Of a DNA stretch of 64,000 bases, positions 40,630 through 50,764 are shown in pieces. The stretch comes from Torpedo marmorata. Taxonomy: Eukaryota. The notes below the pieces were generated by a model that saw nothing but the letters and a program-made list of their open reading frames with translations, did not search any database and was not told where the DNA came from. Each line of letters opens with the position of its first letter. Within the stretch, counting starts at the first letter, position 1. The position numbers and the translations under genes are program-made. The stretch is taken from the NCBI GenBank assembly GCA_977017645.1, contig OZ360228.1, forward strand, positions 50,902,001-50,966,000, in the 5' to 3' direction.

Positions 40630-41530
40630 TGTTGTGTTTGGAAAGTATCAGGTTCGGTGGGTTCACAGAGAAACAAGTCTAGACACAAATGTTACAATCA
40701 AAGGTAACTTTATTGAACACACGGGAGACAAACAGGGAAAGATGTCAAACGATACTTAATTACTCTACTACTAAACAACTACCAATAGCCTGAATACGAC
40801 TGGGATTGTCTGATCTCAGAAGCTAAGCAGGCACAGGACTGGTCAGTACTTGGAGGGGAGACCACCAAGGAACACCAAGTGCTGTACGTTTATGTGAGGG
40901 GCGCTTGACAAAGTAGCGACCCTTTGTCTGCCTTACGGTAGACAAAAATTAAAGAATTTCATGTATGTTACATTCTAAATGTAGTATTACGTGACAATAA
41001 CAGAACCTTTACTGTATAGACATTCACATCGGACCCAAGTTGGACTCCGATACCACTGGCCCCCTATCTTCTACACGCTTCCGCACATGTACACACTTCA
41101 CAGACAGTGACTTTCAAACACACTCCTGATTCCCTGTACCAATGGGAATCTGTAAGCACTGATCTATCGCAGTACTACGGCTCAACTTAAGTGTAGTGCA
41201 CACCTTACCCATGACTCCTCCAGCAATGTCCACAGTAGTGACCTGGTGTGGAGCGATGTCCAGGACTTGGATCAAGAGGCATAGAGGAAGAAATGTGGCA
41301 TGCATCGATCTTTATATTGTTCTGAGCTGGGTGTCTATCCAATGATGACACTGAGTCATTTAAATGAGCCAACGGCAAGGTGTGCACTAATGGGTGGGCA
41401 GAGTCCAACCTTGATTGGCAGGTGATGCTATCTCCGAATAAGTTTCAGACAGGGAGGTCACGTGACCCTCCGTAATCCACAATGTTCCAGACAGGGAGGC
41501 CATGTGTTCCTCCACAATCCACATATAACA
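40630..41530 (-). repeat. 3' LTR (contains the SINE insertion and a ~42-bp U3 duplication)
   Basis: Direct repeat of 46317-46922; minus-strand AATAAA near 40710 and TATAAA near 41312. Confidence 0.92.
40782..41014 (+). mobile_element. 5S rRNA-derived SINE (SINE3-type) inserted in the 3' LTR
   Basis: tagcctgaatacg...tctgatctcagaagctaagcagg...ggtcagtacttggaggggagacc...gtgctgta matches 5S rRNA including boxes A and C. A ~120-bp non-5S tail ends gtgacaataacagaacctt. The segment is absent from the other LTR. Confidence 0.88.
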
Positions 41531-41540
41531 TTCCACCCCT
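41531..41540 (-). other. Polypurine tract of the LTR element
   Basis: Minus-strand AGGGGTGGAA immediately precedes the 3' LTR. Confidence 0.75.
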
Positions 41541-42769
41541 CAGAAGTCACATCACTCGCCAATCACTACAAACACAATTCTGGTTTCTAGACAGTAAAAT
41601 CTAAGTAACATGTTATAACTGTAAAAATGTGTTTAAAATGATGCAATTCAAGTGGATCGATATATACACAAGTGCCTTCCGTATGATGGACAAGGCATAT
41701 TATCAAACTCAATGACAACGCCTCACCAGTTTCCCCCCACCCCCACCCCCACAACCAAATAGGGTCGTTGTGCTCCCAATGGAGCAGGGTACTGTGGGAA
41801 CTGCTCTCCAGTGTGAGAGGGGAGGGAAGAGAGAGAACATTGTCTATTCACTGACTCACATGCCTGGTTTTTCTGGCTCAGCTGGCATATGTATGCACCT
41901 TTACCACCAGCGTCTGCAAGCAGGCAGTGAAAGGTCATCCATAAGGTGCCAAAGCCCTCTTGATGCGCCTTGGCTTCACATTTGGGTGCTCCCTCGGCAC
42001 AGAGCCCAGATGCCCGTCGCTGTGCTATCCCGTGGTGAGGCAGGGGACAGGCCGGTGGGCGTGCATCCAGGCTGTACCCATATTCTCGTGGGAGCGCCCC
42101 GTTTTTCTGGGCTGTCGTCTCACACCAGTATACCATTTCTGCTCGCGTTCCCTTTAAACGGGTGCCACGTGTGCCTGTGTTGGTTCTCTGTAACGATAGC
42201 CAGGAAGAGTCAGGACTGAAAGTTGGCCAAATTAGTAGCTTTTAAATAAAAGCTCCTGAAGCACCCACCCCATGAGGAATTAGTTTCTATTATTGGGGCG
42301 GACTGGAGGGACGCTGTCATCACCGAGTGGTCACAAAATACAGTATATACAATATTTCCTGCTAGTGGAAGATCTGCAACATTGTAATTAAAAGCTGAAA
42401 CTACAATTTCCTGAGAGTGTGCTGAAAAACATTAGTGAAAAGTAAATACCACAGCTCAGGGTTCAATTAAAAATGTCCATTACAAAGGCTGTAATTGAAA
42501 GGTGCATGACAAAGGTTGTGGGCATTGTTAAACTGGAATTTCCTGTGATAGTGTGTCCACGGCAACAGCTCTTGCCGTCTTCTGAAAGTTTTCAGTACAG
42601 TTCATGACAACAGCTTCTTGCTGCTTAAATGAGCTGGTGCTGATGACGGGAATCAGTGATGGGATCGCAGCAGTCTGTTTTGATGAGTGTTTCATAGCCA
42701 CTCATATCGGGTAGTCTTCTCCTGTTGGGGGGGGGGGAGCGGGGTGTTTGGGAGAGCTCACAAGATAGA

Positions 42770-43848
42770 TTAGTCGGGGGCCACCTCAGGTGGGGGAGGA
42801 CCAGAGGGGAGGCTGGACCATGTCGGAGTGGGTGATGCACGGGAAGCTCCACCTCCACGGGGCTTCCCCCCCGCAATGCTCTCTCCAGAGAGCATGCATG
42901 TCTCTGTGACGTCGCCGAACTTCACCTCAGACCTGCAAACTTGAGCGGTGCTCCCCGCTCTGTGTGCTCTGATCCCTCCAGGAGGGTAATGGCTTCCCGG
43001 ACGTTTTTCCCGGTTGCCAGACCCATGAGGGGCAAGACCACTCCTCTAAGGTCGGGGCGTGCGATGGTGACTAAATCGCCCGCCAAGGCACCAGTCACCT
43101 TTGTGCTCCCTGGGAAGTGGTGCTCGCGGGCGCCCCGTAGATACCCACGATCAGTGCCCACTCCCTACAAACACTCGTCCCAATGCCAGCGGTGTGCCAC
43201 TGTGGCCGGCCGTGTAAGCCCCATTCTAGGAGGGCAGGGAACCTGTCCCGGACCACAGTCACCACCCATTCCCATAGGGTGGTGCCGCCATCGACCCCTT
43301 CTGGCAGCGCCCACACGGCGTTGCCAATCGTCTGTTGTTCAGACAGACTGCCCAGGGCACCTGCTACCCGATGAGAGAGGCGGACATTGGGGGCCCCCTC
43401 ATCCCGCAACAGTAGCAGTGACATGCCTAGGTGTTCGCCTGGCCACTGGTGGTATCGGTCCCCTAACCCGGTTAGCTCCTTGGCGGAGTAGTCCCGGGTC
43501 TCCATTATCTCACAGTGCTCACTCGAGGTCCCCCCATATTAGGTTACCTCCCCATTTTGGAGGGTCAGAGGGGTGCCCTCGTGGCAGGCCTGGGACCACT
43601 TGGTCACTGGTCGAACTTGCAAAGGCTCAGGCACACAGGGCGGAGACGTGTGTCATAGGACTCAGTTTCCTCATGGTCATCACCATCCATCCAAACATAC
43701 CCATTTCCCAACCACATGTTGATCTCCTTCCCCCGCTGGACAATGGCTCAAACTTTTCCTGGGTCAAGCTGCCAGCCAGACCAGCGAGCTGCTTGCAGCT
43801 GCTGCGTTTCAATCAGCTTGGAAGCTGCCTCCATGACTTTCATTTCTG
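42770..43848 (-). pseudogene. Disrupted ERV-L/Fv1-like gag, central and C-terminal part
   Basis: Translations KV*AIVQRGKEINMWLGNGYVWMD and RDYSAKELTGLGDRYHQWPGEH...LRDEGAPNVRL...TLWEWVVTVVRDRFP parallel the ERV-L Gag motifs KVRALIGKEWD..W.GDVWED and YTPKEL..F...Y.QK.GE..WEWILRVWDNG; stops and frameshifts present. Confidence 0.75.
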
Positions 43849-45853
43849 GTAAAAAACACAAATGCTGGAGAAACTCAGCAGGTCAAACAGTGTCTTTTAT
43901 GTAGCAAAGGTAGAAATACATAACCGACGTTTCGAGCTTGAGCCCTTCATCAAAGTATGAGAAAATGCCAGCAGGCGTCCAAACAAAAGAGTGAGGGGGG
44001 GAAGGGGGGGGGTGGCAAAGGCAGGAGATGATAGGTGGAAAAAGGAGGGAGGGGACAGCAGCAAAGAGGGGGAGGAGGGATGGCTGGGTGGGTGGAAAAA
44101 AACAGGAAGGACAGGGGGGAGGGGAAGGAAAAGACAAGCAGGTTTAGTGGAAAGCAGAAAAGTCAATGTTAATGCCATCTGGCTGGAGAGTGCCCAGACG
44201 GAAAATGAGATGTTGTTTCTCCAATTTGCGGGTAGTCTGGGTGGGATAGTACATAAGGCCATGGACAGACATGTGAGTGTGGGAGTGTGATTCGGGATTG
44301 AAATGGCTGGCAACTGGGAGGTCGCTGTTGTTGCGGACGGAGAGGAGGTGCTCAGCAAAGCGATCTCCCAATCTACGACCGGTCTCTCCGATGTAGAGAA
44401 AGCCACAAACGGAGCACCGGATGCAGTAAATAAGTTCTCTGGATATTCAAGTGAAGTGTAGTTTCACTTGAAAGTCCTGTTTGCGGCCCCGTACTGTGGT
44501 GTGGGGGGAGGTGTGGGCGCAGGTGTTGCACCTCCTGCAGGCACAGGGGAAGGTGCTGGGGGTGCGATGGGTGGGGAGTGATGAGTGCACGAGGGAATCG
44601 CGGAGAGAGCGGTCCCTGCGGAAGGCCGAGAGTGGAGGAGAAGGAAAAATGTGTCTGGTGGTGGGATCCTGTAGTAAGTGCCGGAAATTCCGGCGGATAA
44701 TGTGTTGAATGCGGAGGCTGGTGGGGTGGTAGGTGAGGATGAGGGGGATTCTATGTTTGTTGCGTCTGTGGGCAGAGGGGCCCAGGGCAGATGAGTGGGA
44801 AATGGAGGAGATGCGGGTGAGGGCTGAGTTGATGGTGGCGGAGGGAAAGCCAAATTTGTAGAAGAAGGAAGACATTTCAGAAGATCTGGACTGGAAGACC
44901 TCATCTTGGGAACAGATGCGGCGGAGACAGAGAAATTGAGAGAAGGGGATGGAATCCTTGCAGGAGACAGGGTGTGAGGAAGTGTAGTCCAGATAGTTGT
45001 GGGAGTTGGAGGGTTTGTAGTAAATGTTGGTGGAAAGCTTGTCTCCTGAGATGGAGACAGAGAGATCCAGGAAGGGGAGAGTGTTATCGGAGATGGACCA
45101 GGTGAGTTTGAGATCAGGGTGGAAGTTGGATGCAAAGTGGATGAAGTTGACAAGCTCATCGCGGGTGCATGAGGCAGCCCCAATGTAGTCGTCGATAAAA
45201 TGGAGGAAGAGATGAGGGGTCTTGCCTGTGTAGGCTTGCAGCATGGATTGCTCCACAAAGCCCACAAACAGGCAGGCGTAGCTGGGACCCATGTGAGTAC
45301 CCATGGCTACTCCTTTGATTTGGAGGAAGTGGGATGAGTTAAAGGAGAAGTTATTGAGAGTGAGCACAAGTTCTGCCAGGCGGAGGAGGGTGGTGGTAGA
45401 GGGTGACTGGTCGGGTCTTTGGTCCAGAAAGAAGCGAAGTGTTTTCAGACCTTCTGTGTGGGGGATAGAGATATAAAGGGATTGGACATCTATGGTGAAG
45501 ATGATGCGGTCCGGTTCAGGGAATCTGGAGTCATTGAGGAGATGGAGTGCATCTGAGGTGTCGCGGATGTAGGTGGGGAGGGATTGGACCAGGGGAGAAA
45601 AGATGGAGTCATGGTAAGATGAAACTAGTTCGGTGGAGCAGGCAGAAACAATGGGTCTGCCTGGATGGTTGGGTTTGTGTATCTTGGGTAGAAGGTAGAA
45701 ACAGGCAGTGCGGGGGTGGGAGAGAATGAGGTTGCTGGCCGTCGAGGGGAGGTGACCAAATGTGATGAGGTCGGAGATGGTGTTGGAAACAGTGGCTTGA
45801 TGTGCAGTGGTGGGATCCTGTGGGAGGGGTCGGTAGGAGGAGGTGTCTGAGAG
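43849..45853 (-). mobile_element. 5'-truncated Penelope-like element inserted into the gag gene
   Basis: Close sequence match to the 29537 and 50765 copies; RT motifs and GIY-YIG region; hammerhead motif at 43919-43959; no clear TSD. Confidence 0.95.
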
Positions 45854-46258
45854 TTGGGTTGGTCGCTCGCACTTGGTCTGTTGGCCTAATTCTCCTGCAA
45901 TTTCATGTTGGTGTCTCAGGAGAGACACCATAAGCCAAAGGGCCCCTCCATGACTCCCCTCGTTCTCTGGAAATCCCGATTTCTCCAGGAGGGACGCCAC
46001 GTGGTGCCCTATCTTTTCACCGCGGGTGTCCAGCCTGTCGATCCAGCCGGCCGGCATGGCGTGGCTTGCTAGCCACGCCGCCAAATGGCTGAACCACTGA
46101 CGGTCATTGGTCCACCCGGGGATTTTATATTCCGACCCCGGGGTTCCTTTACTAGCTGTGGTTTGCCTCCTGCTGCCACCATTGGTGAGCAGGTACACCA
46201 TAACGAATGCACCCGACAGGACACCCACGCACACACTCATTAGCACAATCTCCCACAT
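44447..46258 (-). CDS. Chimeric ORF, 603 aa: ~135 aa Gag N-terminus with a hydrophobic segment fused in frame to a PLE reverse transcriptase, ending before GIY-YIG; expression unknown
   Basis: accATG at 46258 downstream of the PBS; MWEIVLMSVCVGVLSGAFVMVYLL...KCERPTQ|LSDTSSY...TIDVQSLY...GVAMG...FIDD...LPFLD...KLHFT*. Confidence 0.5.
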   Translation of the reverse strand: MWEIVLMSVCVGVLSGAFVMVYLLTNGGSRRQTTASKGTPGSEYKIPGWTNDRQWFSHLAAWLASHAMPAGWIDRLDTRGEKIGHHVASLLEKSGFPENEGSHGGALWLMVSLLRHQHEIAGELGQQTKCERPTQLSDTSSYRPLPQDPTTAHQATVSNTISDLITFGHLPSTASNLILSHPRTACFYLLPKIHKPNHPGRPIVSACSTELVSSYHDSIFSPLVQSLPTYIRDTSDALHLLNDSRFPEPDRIIFTIDVQSLYISIPHTEGLKTLRFFLDQRPDQSPSTTTLLRLAELVLTLNNFSFNSSHFLQIKGVAMGTHMGPSYACLFVGFVEQSMLQAYTGKTPHLFLHFIDDYIGAASCTRDELVNFIHFASNFHPDLKLTWSISDNTLPFLDLSVSISGDKLSTNIYYKPSNSHNYLDYTSSHPVSCKDSIPFSQFLCLRRICSQDEVFQSRSSEMSSFFYKFGFPSATINSALTRISSISHSSALGPSAHRRNKHRIPLILTYHPTSLRIQHIIRRNFRHLLQDPTTRHIFPSPPLSAFRRDRSLRDSLVHSSLPTHRTPSTFPCACRRCNTCAHTSPHTTVRGRKQDFQVKLHFT

Positions 46259-46294
46259 GGTTAGTACTCCACGTGTGTCCAGCCGAAACTCTTT

Positions 46295-46314
46295 GAACCC
46301 TGCTCGCAGCGCCA
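46295..46314 (-). other. Primer-binding site complementary to the tRNA-Ser 3' end
   Basis: Plus strand gaaccctgctcgcagcgCCA resembles the vertebrate tRNA-Ser(UGA/CGA) 3' end plus CCA; 2 nt from the 5' LTR. Confidence 0.82.
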
Positions 46315-46316
46315 AT

Positions 46317-46922
46317 TGTTGTATTTGGAAAGTATCAGGTTCGGTGGGTTCACAGAAACATGAGTCTGGACACAAGTGTTACAATCAAAGGTCACTTTAT
46401 TGAACACACAGGAGACAAACAGGGGAAGATATCAAATGATACTTAATTACTCTACTACTAAACAACTATATAGACATTCACATCAGACCCAGGTTGGACT
46501 CCGATACCAATGGCCGCCTATCTTATACATGCTCCTGCACGTGTACACACTTCATAGACAGGAACTTTCAAACACCCTCCCAATTTCCTGTACCAACAGG
46601 GGTGCGGCTCTCTGCTCAACTTAAGTGTTGTGCACACCTTACCCGCGACTCCTCCAGCGATGTCCACATTAGCGACCTGGCATGGAGCGATGTCCAGGAC
46701 TTGGACCAGGAGGCAGAGAGGAAGAAATGTGGCATGCATCGATCTTTATATTGTTCTGAGCTGGGTGTCTGGCCAATGATGACACTGAGTCATTTAAATG
46801 AGCCAACGGTAAGGTGTGCACTAATGGGTGGCCGGAGTCCAACCTTAATTGGCAGGTGATGCAACCCCCGAATACATTTCAGACAGGGAGGTCACGTGAC
46901 CCTCCACAATCCACATATAACA
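46317..46922 (-). repeat. 5' LTR (606 bp)
   Basis: TGTT...AACA ends; minus-strand TATAAA near 46747 and AATAAA near 46398; E-box palindrome GGTCACGTGACC in U3. Confidence 0.92.
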
Positions 46923-47782
46923 GTCAGCTCAATAGAACTGCAATTATGTACCAATTAAAAGGCAACTAATTTGAAGAAATACGAGTATTGATAAATTTGA
47001 AGAGATATAAATATAAACACATTTAATTAAAAGACGAATGAAATAACAGTCTTTCAAAATTATTTTCTTTACAGAAAGCAAATTGCTTAATTTATGATTA
47101 ATACTTTAGAGAGGTTGAAAATTACTTTATGAATGAAAGTGACTTACATATGAAGATGACATGAATATGCAGATATGCTGCGTTGTTAAAATTGAACTTG
47201 CCTATTCACAAACTTTCACTCAAATTTAATGTTTTTTCAACATTTAATCAATGAAAAACTATATACAGATAAACATATCAACTTATTACAGGTGCAAGGC
47301 TGAAAATTCCATGAGAGGATCACTGCATGAAAAATGCCCTGGGGTAAAAAAAAATCAGTTCTCATCTTCATCTTATCTCAATTCCCTGTGACAGGGTTGT
47401 TTAACTAATAACAATGGAAACAAAAGTGTATCATGGTGAACGACCTGCTCTGTATGGGAATCCATGTGGCTGAAGATTAAGGTCCACAGGAAGATATCAA
47501 AACAATCTTTCATAATCAATGATGTTATATTCTGGAGTGTTGCAAACTTCACAGATTCCAAAACAAAATCAAGACCAGCCATCAGCAGGTCTCGACAGGT
47601 GTAGATCTGATGGGACTATCAGAGGCAAATAGGGTGGTATTTCCAACGTCGGCAGCAGCCAACATCATTCAGCTGCTCGCATAAAGCCTCAGGGATGTTG
47701 TTAACAGGAGCTAACAGAAGGTGCATAAGCTTGCCATGACCCAGCATAAGAATTGCTCTGTGTTATTAAAAGTGATCCTTGA

Positions 47783-49240
47783 GTTCACTGAGGTATCTCG
47801 AGGTGAAGGGTGATCAGGGGGTTCACTGAGGTACCTCGAGGTGAAGGGTGATCAGTGGGTTCACTGAGGTATCTCGAGGTGAAGGGTGATCAGGGGGTTC
47901 ACTGAGGTATCTCGAGGTGAAGGGTGATCAGTGGGTTCACTGAGGTACCTCGAGGTGAAGGGTGATCAGGGGGTTCACTGAGGTACCTCGAGGTGAAGGG
48001 TGATCAGGGGGTTCACTGAGGTATCTCGAGGTGAAGGGTGATCAGGGGGTTCACTGAGGTATCTCGAGGTGAAGGGTGATCAGTGGGTTCACTGAGGTAC
48101 CTCGAGGTGAAGGGTGATCAGGGGGTTCACTGAGGTACCTCGAGGTGAAGGGTGATCAGTGGGTTCACTGAGGTATCTCAAGGTGAAGGGTGATCAGGGG
48201 GTTCACTGAGGTATCTCGAGGTGAAGGGTGATCAGGGGGTTCACTGAGGTATCTCGAGGTGAAGGGTGATCAGGGGGTTCACTGAGGTATCTCGAGGTGA
48301 AGGGTGATCAGTGGGTTCACTGAGGTACCTCGAGGTGAAGGGTGATCAGGGGGTTCACTGAGGTATCTCGAGGTGAAGGGTGATCAGGGGGTTCACTGAG
48401 GTATCTCGAGGTGAAGGGTGATCAGTGGGTTCACTGAGGTACCTCGAGGTGAAGGGTGATCAGTGGTTTCACTGAGGTATCTCGAGGTGAAGGGTGATCA
48501 GTGGGTTCACTGAGGTACCTCGAGGTGACGGGTGATCAGTGGTTTCACTGAGGTATCTCGAGGTGAAGGGTGATCAGTGGGTTCACTGAGGTACCTCGAG
48601 GTGAAGGGTGATCAGGGGGTTCACTGAGGTATCTCGAGGTGAAGGGTGATCAGTGGGTTCACTGAGTTATCTCGAGGTGAAGGGTGATCAGGGGGTTCAC
48701 TGAGGTATCTCGAGGTGAAGGGTGATCAGGGGGTTCACTGAGGTATCTCGAGGTGAAGGGTGATCAGTGGTTTCACTGAGGTACCTCGAGGTGAAGGGTG
48801 ATCAGGGGGTTCACTGAGGTACCTCGAGGTGAAGGGTGATCAGTGGGTTCACTGAGGTACCTCGAGGTGAAGGGTGATCAGTGGTTTCACTGAGGTATCT
48901 CGAGGTGAAGGGTGATCAGTGGGTTCACTGAGGTACCTCGAGGTGAAGGGTGATCAGGGGGTTCACTGAGGTATCTCGAGGTGAAGGATGATCAGGGGGT
49001 TCACTGAGGTACCTCGAGGTGAAGGGTGATCAGGGGGTTCACTGAGGTACCTCGAGGTGAAGGGTGATCAGGGGGTTCACTGAGGTACCTCGAGGTGAAG
49101 GGTGATCACTGAGGTACCTTGAAGTAAAGGTGGTCTGTGGGTTCATTGAGGTACCTTGAGTTGAAGGTAATCAGTGGGTTCACTGAGGTATCTCGAGGTG
49201 AAGGGTGATCAGTGGGTTCACTGAGGTAACCTGAGGTAAA
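47783..49240. repeat. 38-bp minisatellite (gttcactgaggtaYctcgaggtgaagggtgatcagKgg)n, ~35 near-identical units plus a degenerate tail
   Basis: Units start at 47783, 47821 and so on; variation is almost confined to two or three positions. Confidence 0.98.
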
Positions 49241-50519
49241 GGGCATGGGTTCAGCCTTATTCTTTACCCCAAGCGGCCATTCCTAATATGATCTTATTTA
49301 AATCAAGGGTTACATTATTGAACCTAATCACTTAATTGGGTGACATTTTCATCTTTATGGTTCACTCTAAAGCAGAACCCTTGGCTAACTTTCTACCTCC
49401 TTAACCCAAGGGTGTTAAGTCTAGTTTCAGCGGCTGCAGCTGTCGTTGCAGCTGAGGCTTGAAGGCAGGGCCTTGCTGATGAAGTACATTGCCATGACAT
49501 CAGGAGAATGCAGAATTGACAGCTGCTGAGACCAGTCATTGTGCACCAATAATTTAAACGCACCCCTGCCATGTTGGCCCACAATGAGTCTGATGATGTG
49601 GTTCTGTTTACTACATCCAGAAAGTCTGGCCTTAACAGCAGTCCAAGCCAACTGATACAAAGCCAAATCCCTGTATGCTCCCTGTACCATCTGAAGAGAT
49701 CCGCACTGACTGACACTTATCAGTGTTTGAAAAGAAGATTGATAGGCTTGAGAGGATTGTGAGGAGTGTTTTTGAAAGATATATTATCAGTGTCTGACAC
49801 TATGGTGCAAAGGATTCTGTATCGTGGAATGAGTGCTTGATGGCAACTTCACCTGAACATCCGTCATGTCACGGCATAGGAGAAGAAGATGGCTAAACAC
49901 CCGAGAGGCAAGAGGTGGAGAGGTTGAAGGATTCCGGCCAGGAAAGCCTGTCTTCTGAGAATATCCCTGGAGCTCAGTGCATGTGAGCTCCTTACTGAAT
50001 AACAATGTTGCAAGGGTTGGGGTTCTCTAAGGAATTGGACACTGAAATCTGATACCCAGACCAAGCAGAACTGCAGCCACAAAGCATTGTGGCACTCTGT
50101 CAGTGTCACATCAGTCTTCTGTTTTTGCAACTCTATCTCAGTGCATGTAGCCGCAGCAGGCAACAACATGTCTCCCAACTCACAACACCACTTTCAAAGG
50201 GAGGCTGCTGAAGGAGAGAAGAAATTATGTCCTTCCCCGAATGATCATCTTCAATTGACCTTGAGAAGGATGTACGCAGCAACAATGTAGACCTGCTGTT
50301 GTGTAAGTGGTGAAGGCACCACCAGGATCCTGCTGAATTGTAGGATTTGATTCGGTGACAGAAAGATAAACTTCCAAGCCAGGCATGGCGTGTGACTTGG
50401 ATACCGTTGATACATTTCCTGCAAGCTCCTAAATTCTTCTAGTTGTTAGAGGTTGCAGATATTCTAACTGATGTCAAAGGACATTTGGCAAGTACTGCAG
50501 GTGGCCATGGGAGATACCC

Positions 50520-50760
50520 AATATTGTATCATCCCAACTCAAGATTGGTATTGTTTGTCCATTCACATCATCCCTATTCAATATTGGTGTGGTCTGTACA
50601 CTATAAAACACTTTCAATATTCTCATCCAATATTAGTTTTTATAAGTACATTTTCATCATTTCTACCAATTATTAGTGTTATTTGTACACTGGTATCATT
50701 CTTATCCAATAGTAGTATTGTTTGCACACTCATTATCTCTCCCCAATATGTGTTTATACA
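50520..50760. repeat. Highly diverged tandem repeat of roughly 35-45 bp, resuming at ~54590-55020
   Basis: Recurring catcatt...ccaatatt.gt.tt.tttgtacact-like units on both sides of the PLE+Rex1 block. Confidence 0.5.
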
Positions 50761-50764
50761 ATCT

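Larger units (their letters stand above)
40630..46922 (-). mobile_element. LTR element with ERV-L/class III-like gag and no visible pro-pol-env (non-autonomous, MaLR-like architecture)
   Basis: Two TGTT...AACA LTRs, tRNA-Ser PBS, PPT and gag motifs; a possible 5-bp TSD is degenerate (gttat/gtcag). Confidence 0.9.

Noticed and set aside
40782-40890. Functional 5S rRNA gene
   Set aside because: The 5' end is missing, there are many substitutions, a non-5S tail follows, and it is inserted in an LTR.
42941-43852. 303-aa plus-strand ORF
   Set aside because: It is antisense to the GC-rich gag remnant and has no recognisable motif.
46295-46314. tRNA-Ser gene
   Set aside because: Only the 3' ~20 nt including CCA is present, next to an LTR, so it is a primer-binding site.
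46259-46375. First 39 aa of the 642-aa ORF call
   Set aside because: They start at a non-ATG codon inside the LTR and cross the PBS; the plausible start is the ATG at 46258.
47783-49240. CRISPR-like array of 38-bp palindromic repeats
   Set aside because: Units are head-to-tail with no unique spacers, there are no cas genes, and the context is a vertebrate intron.
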